A stretch of 64,000 bases of DNA from the human T2T-CHM13v2.0 reference genome, Homo sapiens. The notes under the pieces are model-generated. The model worked only from the letters and a program-made list of their open reading frames with translations. It searched no databases and was not told where the DNA came from. The position numbers and the translations under genes are program-made. Positions 1 through 14,528 of this stretch are shown in pieces. The DNA is taken from the NCBI RefSeq assembly GCF_009914755.1, contig NC_060925.1. One strand, 5' to 3'. Each line of letters starts with the position of its first letter. The first letter of the stretch is position 1.

Positions 1-113
1 CATCGAGTGGAATCGAATGGAATTATGATCAAATGCAATCGAATGTAATCCTCATCAAATGGAATCAAAAATAACCATCATCAATTGGTATTGAATGGAA
101 TTGTCATCAAATG

Positions 114-1889
114 GAATTCAAAGGAATCATCATCAAATGGAACCGAATGGAATCCTCATTGAATGGAAATGAAAGGGGTCATCATCTAATGGAATCGCAT
201 GGAATCATCATCAAATGGAATCGAATGGAATCATCATCAAATGGAATCTAATGGAATCATTGAACAGAATTGAATGGAATCGTCATCGAATGAATTGAAT
301 GCAATCATCGAATGGTCTCGAATGGAATCATCTTCTAATGGAAAGGAATGGAATCATCGCATAGAATCGAATGGAATTATCATCGAATGGAATCGAATGG
401 TATCAACACCAAACGGAAAAAAACGGAATTATCGAATGGAATCGAAGAGAACCTTCGAACGGACCCGAATGGAATCATCTAATGGAATGGAATGGAATAA
501 TCCATGGACTCGAATGCAATCATCATCGAATGGAATCGAATGGAATCATCGAATGGACTCGAATGGAATAATCATTGAACGGAATCGAATGGAATCATCA
601 TCGGATGGAAACGAATGGAATCATCATCGAATGGAAATGAAAGGTGTCATCATCTAATGGAATTGCATGGAATCATCATAAAATGGAATCGAATGGAATC
701 AACATCAAATGGAATCAAATGGAATCATTGAACGGAATTGAATGGAATCATCATCGAATGAATTGACTGCAATCATCGAATGGTCTCGAATGGAATCATC
801 TTCAAATGGAATGGAATGGAATCATCGCATAGAATCGAATGGAATTATCATCGAATGGAATCGAATGGAATCAACATCAAACGGAAAAAAACAGAATTAT
901 CGTATGGAATCGAAGAGAATCATCGAATGGACCCGAATGGAATCATCTAATGGAATGGAATGGAATAATCCATGGACTCGAATGCAGTCATCATCGAATG
1001 GAATCGAATGGAATCATCGAATGGACTCGAATGGAATAATCATTGAACGGAATCGAATGGAATCATCATCTGATGGAAATGAATGGAATCATCATCGAAT
1101 GGAATCGAATAGAATTATGGAATGAAATCCAGTGTGATCATCATCGAATGGACCCGAATGGAATCATCATCCAACGGAAGCTAATGGAATCAACATCGAA
1201 TGAATCGAATGGAAACACCATCGAATTGAAACGAATGCAATTATCATGAAATTGAAATGGATGGACTCATCATCGAATGGATTCGAATGGAATCATCGAA
1301 TAAAATTGATTGAAATCATCATCCAATGCAATCGAATGGTATCATTGAATGGAATCGAATGGAATCATCATCAGATGGAAATGAATGGAATCGTCATAGA
1401 ATGGAATCGAATGGATTCATTGAATGGAATCAGATGAAATCATCGAATGGACTGGAATGGAATCATTGAATGGACTCGAAAGGGATCATTATTGAATGGA
1501 ATTGAATGGAATCATCGAATGGTCTCGATTGGAATCATTATCAAATGGAATCGAATGGAATCACCGAATAGAATCGAATGGAACAATCATCGAATGGACT
1601 CAAATGGAATTATCCTCCAATGGAATGGAATGGAATTATCGAATGCAATCGAATGGAATTATCGAATGCAATCGAATAGAATCATCGAATGGACTCGAAT
1701 GGAATCATCGAATGGAATGGAATGGAACAGTCAATGAACTCGAATGGAATCATCATTGAATGGAATCGAATGGAATCATCGAGTGGAATCGAATGGAATT
1801 ATGATCAAATGGAATCGAATGTAATCATCATCAAATGGAATCAAAAATAACCATCATCAATTGGTATTGAATGGAATTGTCATCAAATG
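114..1889 (+). repeat. Canonical 1776-bp repeat unit (example; EcoRI to EcoRI)
   Basis: GAATTC at 114, 1890, 3666, 5442, 7218. Once-per-unit landmarks (gaaatccagtgtgat, caacggaagctaat, aaaattgattgaaat, ggaacagtcaatgaac, aaaaataaccatc, gaaaggggtc) recur every 1776 bp. ORF starts are at 274, 2050, 3826, 5602, 7378. Confidence 0.97.
161..1096 (+). repeat. Internal 468-bp tandem duplication within the unit: module A (~161-628) and module B (~629-1096)
   Basis: Near-identical 127-aa pseudo-ORFs at 274 and 742 (offset 468). Diagnostic A/B differences: gaaaggggtc/gaaaggagtc, tcgcatgg/ttgcatgg, gaacagaatt/gaacggaatt, ttgaatgc/ttgactgc, tctaatggaaagg/tcaaatggaatgg, ggtatcaacacc/ggaatcaacatc, cttcgaacgg/catcgaatgg, gatggaaacg/gatggaaatg. 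Confidence 0.93.
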
Positions 1890-4800
1890 GAATTCAAAGG
1901 AATCATCATCAAATGGAACCGAATGGAATCCTCATTGAATGGAAATGAAAGGGGTCATCATCTAATGGAATCGCATGGAATCATCATCAAATGGAATCGA
2001 ATGGAATCACCATCAAATGGAATCTAATGGAATCATTGAACAGAATTGAATGGAATCGTCATCGAATGAATTGAATGCAATCATCGAATGGTCTCGAATG
2101 GATTCATCTTCTAATGGAAAGGAATGGAATCATCGCATAGAATCGAATGGAATTATCATCGAATGGAATCGAATGGTATCAACACCAAACGGAAAAAAAC
2201 GGAATTATCGAATGGAATCGAAGAGAATCTTCGAACGGACCCGAATGGAATCATCTAATGGAATGGAATGGAATAATCCATGGACTCGAATGCAATCATC
2301 ATCGAATGGAATCGAATGGAATCATCGAATGGACTCGAATGGAATAATCATTGAACGGAATCGATTGGAATCATCATCGGATGGAAACGAATGGAATCAT
2401 CATCGAATGGAAATGAAAGGAGTCATCATCTAATGGAATTGCATGGAATCATCATAAAATGGAATCGAATGGAATCAACATCAAATGGAATCAAATGGAA
2501 TCATTGAACGGAATTGAATGGAATCGTCATCGAATGAATTGACTGCAATCATCCAATGGTCTCGAATGGAATCATCTTCAAATGGAATGGAATGGAATCA
2601 TCGCATAGAATCGAATGGAATTATCATCGAATGGAATCGAATGGAATCAACATCCAACGGAAAAAAACGGAATTATCGAATGGAATCGAAGAGAATCATC
2701 GAATGGACCCGAATGGAATCATGTAATGGAATGGAATGGAATAATCCATGGACTCGAATGCAATCATCATCGAATGGAATCGAATGGAATCATCGAATGG
2801 ACTCGAATGGAATAATCATTGAACGGAATCGAATGGAATCATCATCGGATGGAAATGAATGGAATCATCATCGAATGGAATCGAATAGAATTATGGAATG
2901 AAATCCAGTGTGATCATCATCGAATGGACCCGAATGGAATCATCATCCAACGGAAGCTAATGGAATCAACATCGAATGAATCAAATGGAAACACCATCGA
3001 ATTGAAACGAATGGAATTATCATGAAATTGAAATGGATGGACTCATCATCGAATGGATTCGAATGGAATCATCGAATAAAATTGATTGAAATCATCATCG
3101 AATGGAATCGAATGGTATCATTGAATGGAATCGAATGGAATCATCATCAGATGGAAATGAATGGAATCGTCATAGAATGGAATCGAATGGATTCATTGAA
3201 TGGAATCAGATGGAATCATCGAATGGACTGGAATGGAATCATTGAATGGACTCGAAAGGGATCATTATTGAATGGAATTGAATGGAATCATCGAATGGTC
3301 TCGATTGGAATCATTATCAAATGGAATCGAATGGAATCACCGAATAGAATCGAATGGAACAATCATCGAATGGACTCAAATGGAATTATCCTCAAATGGA
3401 ATCGAATGGAATTATCGAATGCAATCGAATGGAATTATCGAATGCAATCGAATAGAATCATCGAATGGACTCGAATGGAATCATCGAATGGAATGGAATG
3501 GAACAGTCAATGAACTCGAATGGAATCATCATTGAATGGAATCGAATGGAATCATCGAGTGGAATCGAATGGAATTATGATCAAATGGAATCGAATGTAA
3601 TCATCATCAAATGGAATCAAAAATAACCATCATCAATTGGTATTGAATGGAATTGTCATCAAATGGAATTCAAAGGAATCATCATCAAATGGAACCGAAT
3701 GGAATCCTCATTGAATGGAAATGAAAGGGGTCATCATCTAATGGAATCGCATGGAATCATCATAAAATGGAATCGAATGAAATCAACATCAAATGGAATC
3801 AAATGGAATCATTGAACGGAATTGAATGGAATCGTCATCGAATGAATTGGATGCAATCATCGAATGGTCTCGAATGGAATCTTCTTCAAATGGAATGGAA
3901 TGGAATCATCGCATAGAATCGAATGGAATTATCATCGAATGGAATCGAATGGAATCAACATCAAACGGAAAAAAACGGAATTATCGAATGGAATCGAAGA
4001 GAATCATCGAATGGACCCGAATGGAATCATCTAATGGAATGGAATGGAATAATCCATGGACTCGAATGCAATCATCATCGAATGGAATCGAATGGAATCA
4101 TCGAATGGACTCGAATGGAATAATCATTGAACGGAATCGATTGGAATCATCATCGGATGGAAACGAATGGAATCATCATCGAATGGAAATGAAAGGAGTC
4201 ATCATCTAATGGAATTGCATGGAATCATCATAAAATGGAATCGAATGGAATCAACATCAAATGGAATCAAATGGAATCATTGAACGGAATTGAATGGAAT
4301 CGTCATCGAATGAATTGACTGCAATCATCGAATGGTCTCGAATGGAATCATCTTCAAATGGAATGGAATGGAATCATCGCATAGAATCGAATGGAATTAT
4401 CATCGAATGGAATCGAATGGAATCAACATCCAACGGAAAAAAACGGAATTATCGAATGGAATCGAAGAGAATCATCGAATGGACCCGAATGGAATCATCT
4501 AATGGAATGGAATGGAATAATCCGTGGACTCGAATGCAATCATCATCGAATGGAATCGAATGGAATCATCGAATGGACTCGAATGGAATAATCATTGAAC
4601 GGAATAGAATGGAATCATCATCGGATGGAAATGAATGGAATCATCATCGAATGGAATCGAATACAATTATGGAATGAAATCCAGTGTGATCATCATCGAA
4701 TGGACCCGAATGGAATCATCATCCAACGGAAGCTAATGGAATCAACATCGAATGAATCGAATGGAAACACCATCGAATTGAAACGAATGGAATTATCATG

Positions 4801-7217
4801 AAATTGAAATGGATGGACTCATCATCGAATGGATTCGAAAGGAATCATCGAATAAAATTGATTGAAATCATCATCGAATGGAATCGAATGGTATCATTGA
4901 ATGGAATCGAATGGAATCATCATCAGATGGAAATGAATGGAATCGTCATAGAATGGAATCGAATGGATTCATTGAATGGAATCAGATGGAATCATCGAAT
5001 GGACTGGAATGGAATCATTGAATGGACTCGAAAGGGATCATGATTGAATGGAATTGAATGGAATCATCGAATGGTCTCGATTGGAATCATTATCAAATGG
5101 AATCGAATGGAATCACCGAATAGAATCGAATGGAACAATCATCGAATGGACTCAAATGGAATTATCCTCAAATGGAATCGAATGGAATTATCGAATGCAA
5201 TCGAATGGAATTATCGAATGCAATCGAATAGAATGATCGAATGGACTCGAATGGAATCATTGAATGGAATGGAATGGAACAGTCAATGAACTCGAATGGA
5301 ATCATCATTGAATGGAATCGAATGGAATCATCGAGTGGAATCGAAAGGAATTATGATCAAATGGAATCGAATGTAATCATCATCAAATGGAATCAAAAAT
5401 AACCATCATCAATTGCTATTGAATGGAATTGTCATCAAATGGAATTCAAAGGAATCATCATCAAATGGAACCGAATGGAATCCTCATTGAATGGAAATGA
5501 AAGGGGTCATCATCTAATGGAATCACATGGAATCATCATCAAATGGAATCGAATGGAATCATCATCAAATGGAATCTAATGGAATCATTGAACAGAATTG
5601 AATGGAATCGTCATCGAATGAATTGAATGCAATCATCGAATGGTCTCGAATGGAATCATCTTCTAATGGAAAGGAATGGAATCATCGCATAGAATCGAAT
5701 GGAATTATCATCGAATGGAATCGAATGGTATCAACACCAAACGGAAAAAAACGGAATTATCGAATGGAATCGAAGAGAATCTTCGAACGGACCCGAATGG
5801 AATCATCTAATGGAATGGAATGGAATAATCCATGGACTCGAATGCAATCATCAACGAATGGAAACGAAGGGAATCATCGAATGGACTCGAATGGAATAAT
5901 CATTGAACGGAATCGAATGGAATCATCATCGGATGGAAACGAATGGAATCATCATCGAATGGAAATGAAAGGAGTCATCATCTAATGGAATTGCATGGAA
6001 TCATCATAAAATGGAATCGAATGGAATCAACATCAAATGGAATCAAATGGAATCATTGAACGGAATTGAATGGAATCGTCATCGAATGAATTGACTGCAA
6101 TCATCGAATGGTCTCGAATGGAATCATCTTCAAATGGAATGGAATGGAATCATCGCATAGAATCGAATGGAATTATCATCGAATGGAATCGAATGGAATC
6201 AACATCCAACGGAAAAAAACGGAATTATCGAATGGAATCGAAGAGAATCATCGAATGGACCCGAATGGAATCATCTAATGGAATGGAATGGAATAATCCG
6301 TGGACTCGAATGCAATCATCATCGAATGGAATCGAATGGAATCATCGAATGGACTCGAATGGAATAATCATTGAACGGAATCGAATGGAATCATCATCGG
6401 ATGGAAATGAATGGAATCATCATCGAATGGAATCGAATAGAATTATGGAATGAAATCCAGTGTGATCATCATCGAATGGACCCGAATGGAATCATCATCC
6501 AACGGAAGCTAATGGAATCAACATCGAATGAATCGAATGGAAACACCATCGAATTGAAACGAATGGAATTATCATGAAATTGAAATGGATGGACTCATCA
6601 TCGAATGGATTCGAATGGAATCATCGAATAAAATTGATTGAAATCATCATCGAATGGAATCGAATGGTATCATTGAATGGAATCGAATGGAATCATCATC
6701 AGATGGAAATGAATGGAATCGTCATAGAATGGAATCGAATGGATTCATTGAATGGAATCAGATGGAATCATCGAATGGACTGGAATGGAATCATTGAATG
6801 GACTCGAAAGGGATCATGATTGAATGGAATTGAATGGAATCATCGAATGGTCTCGATTGGAATCATTATCAAATGGAATCGAATGGAATCACCGAATAGA
6901 ATCGAATGGAAAAATCATCGAATGGACTCAAATGGAATTATCCTCAAATGGAATCGAATGGAATTATCGAATGCAATCGAATGGAATTATCGAATGCAAT
7001 CGAATAGAATCATCGAATGGACTCGAATGGAATCATCGAATGGAATGGAATGGAACAGTCAATGAACACGAATGGAATCATCATTGAATGGAATCGAATG
7101 GAATCATCGAGTGGAATCGAATGGAATTATGATCAAATGGAATCGAATGTAATCATCATCAAATGGAATCAAAAATAACCATCATCAATTGCTATTGAAT
7201 GGAATTGTCATCAAATG

Positions 7218-7887
7218 GAATTCAAAGGAATCATCATCAAATGGAACCGAATGGAATCCTCATTGAATGGAAATGAAAGGGGTCATCATCTAATGGAATC
7301 GCATGGAATCATCATCAAATGGAATCGAATGGAATCATCATCAAATGGAATCTAATGGAATCATTGAACAGAATTGAATGGAATCGTCATCGAATGAATT
7401 GAATGCAATCATCGAATGGTCTCGAATGGAATCATCTTCTAATGGAAAGGAATGGAATCATCGCATAGAATCGAATGGAATTATCATCGAATGGAATCGA
7501 ATGGTATCAACACCAAACGGAAAAAAACGGAATTATCGAATGGAATCGAAGAGAATCTTCGAACGGACCCGAATGGAATCATCTAATGGAATGGAATGGA
7601 ATAATCCATGGAGTCGAATGCAATCATCATCGAATGGAATCGAATGGAATCATCGAATGGACTCGAATGGAATAATCATTGAACGGAATCGAATGGAATC
7701 ATCATCGGATGGAAACGAATGGAATCATCGAATGAACTCGAATGGAATCATCATTGAATGGAATCGAATGGAATCATCGAGTGGAATCGAATGGAATTAT
7801 GATCAAATGGAATCGAATCTAATCATCATCAAATGGAATCAAAAATAACCATCATCAATTGGTATTGAATGGAATTGTCATCAAATG
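7218..7887 (+). repeat. Truncated 670-bp unit (1106-bp deletion)
   Basis: EcoRI at 7218 and 7888. The end of module A (ggaaacgaatggaatcatc, to ~7729) is joined directly to the unit tail (aatgaactcg, 7731). Confidence 0.9.
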
Positions 7888-9200
7888 GAATTCAAAGGAA
7901 TCATCATCAAATGGAACCGAATGGAATCCTCATTGAATGGAAATGAAAGGGGTCATCATCTAATGGAATCGCATGGAATCATCATCAAATGGAATCGAAT
8001 GGAATCATCATCAAATGGAATCTAATGGAATCATTGAACAGAATTGAATGGAATCGTCATCGAAAGAATTGAATGCAATCATCGAATGGTCTCGAATAGA
8101 ATCATCTTCTAATGGAAAGGAATGGAATCATCGCATAGAATCGAATGGAACTATCATCGAATGGAATCGAATGGTATCAACACCAAACGGAAAAAAACGG
8201 AATTATCGAATGGAATCGAAGAGAATCTTCGAACGGACCCGAATGGAATCATCTAATGGAATGGAATGGAATGGAATAATCCATGGACACGAATGCAATC
8301 ATCATCGAATGGAATCAAATGGAATCATCGAATGGACTCGAATGGAATAATCATTGAACGGAATCGAATGGAATCATCTTCGGATGGAAATGAATGGAAT
8401 CATCATCGAATGGAATCGAATAGAATTATGGAATGAAATCCAGTGTGATCATCATCGAATGGACCCGAATGGAATCATCATCCAACGGAAGCTAATGGAA
8501 TCAACATCGAATGAATCGAATGGAAACACCATCGAATTGAAACGAATGGAATTATCATGAAATTGAAATGGATGGACTCATCATCGGATGGATTCGAATG
8601 GAATCATCGAATAAAATTGATTGAAATCATCATCCAATGGAATCGAATGGTATCATTGAATGGAATCGAATGGAATCATCATCAGATGGAAATGAATGGA
8701 ATCGTCATAGAATGGAATCGAATGGATTCATTGAATGGAATCAGATGGAATCATCGAATGGACTGGAATGGAATCATTGAATGGACTCGAAAGGGATCAT
8801 GATTGAATGGAATTGAATGGAATCATCGAATGGTCTCGATTGGAATCATTATCAAATGGAATCGAATGGAATCACCGAATAGAATCGAATGGAACAATCA
8901 TCGAATGGACTCAAATGGAATTATCCTCAAATGGAATCGAATGGAATTATCGAATGCAATCGAATGGAATTATCGAATGCAATCGAATAGAATCATCGAA
9001 TGGACTCGAATGGAATCATCGAATGGAATGGAATGGAACAGTCAATGAACTCGAATGGAATCATCATTGAATGGAATCGAATGGAATCATCGAGTGGAAT
9101 CGAATGGAATTATGATCAAATGCAATCGAATGTAATCCTCATCAAATGGAATCAAAAATAGCCATCATCAATTGGTATTGAATGGAATTGTCATCAAATG
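7888..9200 (+). repeat. 1313-bp single-module unit (A/B hybrid, 1308 bp plus one extra GGAAT)
   Basis: Starts with A markers and ends with the B exit (ggaaatgaatgg...gaatagaattatgg). It has four rather than three ggaat pentamers before aatccatgg at ~8258-8277. Confidence 0.88.
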
Positions 9201-12200
9201 GAATTCAAAGGAATCATCATCAAATGGAACCGAATGGAATCCTCATTGAATGGAAATGAAAGGGGTCATCATCTAATGGAATCGCATGGAATCATCATCA
9301 AATGGAATCGAATGGAATCATCATCAAATGGAATCTAATGGAATCATTGAACAGAATTGAATGGAATCGTCATCGAATGAATTGAATGCAATCATCGAAT
9401 GGTCTCGAATGGAATCATCTTCTAATGGAAAGGAATGGAATCATCGCATAGAATCGAATGGAATTATCATCGAATGGAATCGAATGGTATCAACACCAAA
9501 CGGAAAAAAACGGAATTATCGAATGGAATCGAAGAGAACCTTCGAACGGACCCGAATGGAATCATCTAATGGAATGGAATGGAATAATCCATGGACTCGA
9601 ATGCAATCATCATCGAATGGAATCGAATGAAATCATCGAATGGACTCGAATGGAATAATCATTGAACGGAATCGAATGGAATCATCATCGGATGGAAACG
9701 AATGGAATCATCATCGAATGGAAATGAAAGGTGTCATCATCTAATGGAATTGCATGGAATCATCATAAAATGGAATCGAATGGAATCAACATCAAATGGA
9801 ATCAAATGGAATCATTGAACGGAATTGAATGGAATCGTCATCGAATGAATTGACTACAATCACCGAATGGTCTCGAATGGAATCATCTTCAAATGGAATG
9901 GAATGGAATCATCGCATAGAATCGAATGGAATTATCATCGAATGGAATCGAATGGAATCAACATCAAACGGAAAAAAAAAGAATTATCGTATGGAATCGA
10001 AGAGAATCATCGAATGGACCCGAATGGAATCATCTAATGGAATGGAATGGAATAATCCATGGACTCGAATGCAATCATCATCGAATGGAATCGAATGGAA
10101 TCATCGAATGGACTCGAATGGAATAATCATTGAACGGAATCGAATGGAATCATCATCGGATGGAAATGAATGGAATCATCATCGAATGGAATCGAATAGA
10201 ATTATGGAATGAAATCCAGTGTGATCATCATCGAATGGACCCGAATGGAATCATCATCCAACGGAAGCTAATGGAATCAACATCGAATGAATCGAATGGA
10301 AACACCATCGAATTGAAACGAATGGAATTATCATGAAATTGAAATGGATGGACTCATCATCGAATGGATTCGAATGGAATCATCGAATAAAATTGATTGA
10401 AATCATCATCCAATGGAATCGAATGGTATCATTGAATGGAATCGAATGGAATCATCATCAGATGGAAATGAATGGAATCGTCATAGAATGGAATCGAATG
10501 GATTCATTGACTGGAATCAGATGGAATCATCGAATGGACTGGAATGGAATCATTGAATGGACTCGAAAGGGATCATTATTGAATGGAATTGAATGGAATC
10601 ATCGAATGGTCTCGATTGGAATCATTATCAAATGGAATCGAATGGAATCACCGAATAGAATCGAATGGAACAATCATCGAATGGACTCAAATGGAATTAT
10701 CCTCCAATGGAATGGAATGGAATTATCGAATGCAATCGAATGGAATTATCGAATGCAATCGAATAGAATCATCGAATGGACTCGAATGGAATCATCGAAT
10801 GGAATGGAATGGAACAGTCAATGAACTCGAATGGAATCATCATTGAATGGAATCGAATGGAATCATCGAGTGGAATCGAATGGAATTATGATCAAATGGA
10901 ATCGAATGTAATCATCATCAAATGGAATCAAAAATAACCATCATCAATTGGTATTGAATGGAATTGTCATCAAATGGAATTCAAAGGAATCATCATCAAA
11001 TGGAACCGAATGGAATCCTCATTGAATGGAAATGAAAGGGGTCATCATCTAATGGAATCGCATGGAATCATCATCAAATGGAATCGAATGGAATCACCAT
11101 CAAATGGAATCTAATGGAATCATTGAACAGAATTGAATGGAATCGTCATCGAATGAATTGAATGCAATCATCGAATGGTCTCGAATGGATTCATCTTCTA
11201 ATGGAAAGGAATGGAATCATCGCATAGAATCGAATGGAATTATCATCGAATGGAATCGAATGGTATCAACACCAAACGGAAAAAAACGGAATTATCGAAT
11301 GGAATCGAAGAGAATCTTCGAACGGACCCGAATGGAATCATCTAATGGAATGGAATGGAATAATCCATGGACTCGAATGCAATCATCATCGAATGGAATC
11401 GAATGGAATCATCGAATGGACTCGAATGGAATAATCATTGAACGGAATCGATTGGAATCATCATCGGATGGAAACGAATGGAATCATCATCGAATGGAAA
11501 TGAAAGGAGTCATCATCTAATGGAATTGCATGGAATCATCATAAAATGGAATCGAATGGAATCAACATCAAATGGAATCAAATGGAATCATTGAACGGAA
11601 TTGAATGGAATCGTCATCGAATGAATTGACTGCAATCATCCAATGGTCTCGAATGGAATCATCTTCAAATGGAATGGAATGGAATCATCGCATAGAATCG
11701 AATGGAATTATCATCGAATGGAATCGAATGGAATCAACATCCAACGGAAAAAAACGGAATTATCGAATGGAATCGAAGAGAATCATCGAATGGACCCGAA
11801 TGGAATCATGTAATGGAATGGAATGGAATAATCCATGGACTCGAATGCAATCATCATCGAATGGAATCGAATGGAATCATCGAATGGACTCGAATGGAAT
11901 AATCATTGAACGGAATCGAATGGAATCATCATCGGATGGAAATGAATGGAATCATCATCGAATGGAATCGAATAGAATTATGGAATGAAATCCAGTGTGA
12001 TCATCATCGAATGGACCCGAATGGAATCATCATCCAACGGAAGCTAATGGAATCAACATCGAATGAATCGAATGGAAACACCATCGAATTGAAACGAATG
12101 GAATTATCATGAAATTGAAATGGATGGACTCATCATCGAATGGATTCGAATGGAATCATCGAATAAAATTGATTGAAATCATCATCCAATGGAATCGAAT

Positions 12201-14528
12201 GGTATCATTGAATGGAATCGAATGGAATCATCATCAGATGGAAATGAATGGAATCGTCATAGAATGGAATCGAATGGATTCATTGAATGGAATCAGATGG
12301 AATCATCGAATGGACTGGAATGGAATCATTGAATGGACTCGAAAGGGATCATGATTGAATGGAATTGAATGGAATCATCGAATGGTCTCGATTGGAATCA
12401 TTATCAAATGGAATCGAATGGAATCACCGAATAGAATCGAATGGAACAATCATCGAATGGACTCAAATGGAATTATCCTCCAATGGAATGGAATGGAATT
12501 ATCGAATGCAATCGAATGGAATTATCGAATGCAATCGAATAGAATCATCGAATGGACTCGAATGGAATCATCGAATGGAATGGAATGGAACAGTCAATGA
12601 ACTCGAATGGAATCATCATTGAATGGAATCGAATGGAATCATCGAGTGGAATCGAATGGAATTATGATCAAATGGAATCGAATGTAATCATCATCAAATG
12701 GAATCAAAAATAACCATTATCAATTGGTATTGAATGGAATTGTCATCAAATGGAATTCAAAGGAATCATCATCAAATGGAACCGAATGGAATCCTCATTG
12801 AATGGAAATGAAAGGGGTCATCATCTAATGGAATCGCATGGAATCATCATCAAATGGAATCGAATGGAATCATCATCAAATGGAATCTAATGGAATCATT
12901 GAACAGAATTGAATGGAATCGTCATCGAATGAATTGAATGCAATCATCGAATGGTCTCGAATGGAATCATCTTCTAATGGAAAGGAATGGAATCATCGCA
13001 TAGAATCGAATGGAATTATCATCGAATGGAATCGAATGGTATCAACACCAAACGGAAAAAAACGGAATTATCGAATGGAATCGAAGAGAATCTTCGAACG
13101 GACCCGAATGGAATCATCTAATGGAATGGAATGGAATAATCCATGGACTCGAATGCAATCATCATCGAATGGAATCGAATGGAATCATCGAATGGACTCG
13201 AATGGAATAATCATTGAACGGAATCGAATGGAATCATCATCGGATGGAAACGAATGGAATCATCATCGAATGGAAATGAAAGGAGTCATCATCTAATGGA
13301 ATTGCATGGAATCATCATAAAATGGAATCGAATGGAATCAACATCAAATGGAATCAAATGGAATCATTGAACGGAATTGAATGGAATCGTCATCGAATGA
13401 ATTGACTGCAATCATCCAATGGTCTCGAATGTAATCATCTTCAAATGGAATGGAATGGAATCATCGCATAGAATCGAATGGAATTATCATCGAATGGAAT
13501 CGAATGGAATCAACATCAAACGGAAAAAAACGGAATTATCGAATGGAATCGAAGAGAATCATCGAATGGACCCGAATGGAATCATCTAATGGAATGGAAT
13601 GGAATAATCCATGGACTCGAATGCAATCATCATCGAATGGAATCGAATGGAATCATCGAATGGACTCGAATGGAATAATCATTGAACGGAATCGAATGGA
13701 ATCATCATCGGATGGAAATGAATGGAATCATCATCGAATGGAATCGAATAGAATTATGGAATGAAATCCAGTGTGATCATCATCGAATGGACCCGAATGG
13801 AATCATCATCCAACGGAAGCTAATGGAATCAACATCGAATGAATCAAATGGAAACACCATCGAATTGAAACGAATGGAATTATCATGAAATTGAAATGGA
13901 TGGACTCATCATCGAATGGATTCGAATGGAATCATCGAATAAAATTGATTGAAATCATCATCGAATGGAATCGAATGGTATCATTGAATGGAATCGAATG
14001 GAATCATCATCAGATGGAAATGAATGGAATCGTCATAGAATGGAATCGAATGGATTCATTGAATGGAATCAGATGGAATCATCGAATGGACTGGAATGGA
14101 ATCATTGAATGGACTCGAAAGGGATCATGATTGAATGGAATTGAATGGAATCATCGAATGGTCTCGATTGGAATCATTATCAAATGGAATCGAATGGAAT
14201 CACCGAATAGAATCGAATGGAACAATCATCGAATGGACTCAAATGGAATTATCCTCCAATGGAATGGAATGGAATTATCGAATGCAATCGAATGGAATTA
14301 TCGAATGCAATCGAATAGAATCATCGAATGGACTCGAATGGAATCATCGAATGGAATGGAATGGAACAGTCAATGAACTCGAATGGAATCATCATTGAAT
14401 GGAATCGAATGGAATCATCGAGTGGAATCGAATGGAATTATGATCAAATGGAATCGAATGTAATCATCATCAAATGGAATCAAAAATAACCATCATCAAT
14501 TGGTATTGAATGGAATTGTCATCAAATG
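9201..14528 (+). repeat. Three canonical 1776-bp units (types a', b, and a mosaic)
   Basis: ORF anchors at 9361, 11137, 12913, 14689 are spaced by 1776. Confidence 0.9.

Larger units (their letters stand above)
114..7217 (+). repeat. Four canonical units forming one copy of a SNP-defined 7104-bp tetramer (types a-b-c-d)
   Basis: Type a: gagaaccttc, gaaaggtgtc, ttatcgtatgg. Type b: atggattcatct, atcatgtaatgg. Type c: aattggatgca, gaatacaatt, ttcgaaagga. Type d: tcaacgaatggaaacgaaggg. The same order is seen again from 17757 and from 24861. Confidence 0.85.

Noticed and set aside
1298-1303. AATAAA poly(A)-signal-like hexamer once per unit
   Set aside because: It is a single hexamer in A-rich sequence with no GU-rich downstream element or transcript evidence.
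1299-1320. Possible DUX4/homeodomain site (taaaattgattgaaatca) once per unit
   Set aside because: HSATII is a known DUX4-induced repeat, but this is not an exact match to the TAAYYBAATCA consensus on either strand. It cannot be supported without a PWM scan or ChIP data.
1632-1677. Perfect 23-bp tandem pair ggaattatcgaatgcaatcgaat
   Set aside because: It is real, but only a fixed monomer-level duplication present in essentially every unit, and part of the normal HSat2 structure.
2223-2238. Heat-shock-element-like gagaatcttcgaac in module A
   Set aside because: Only two correctly spaced nGAAn units are present and the third is out of phase. This is expected by chance in GAA-rich satellite.
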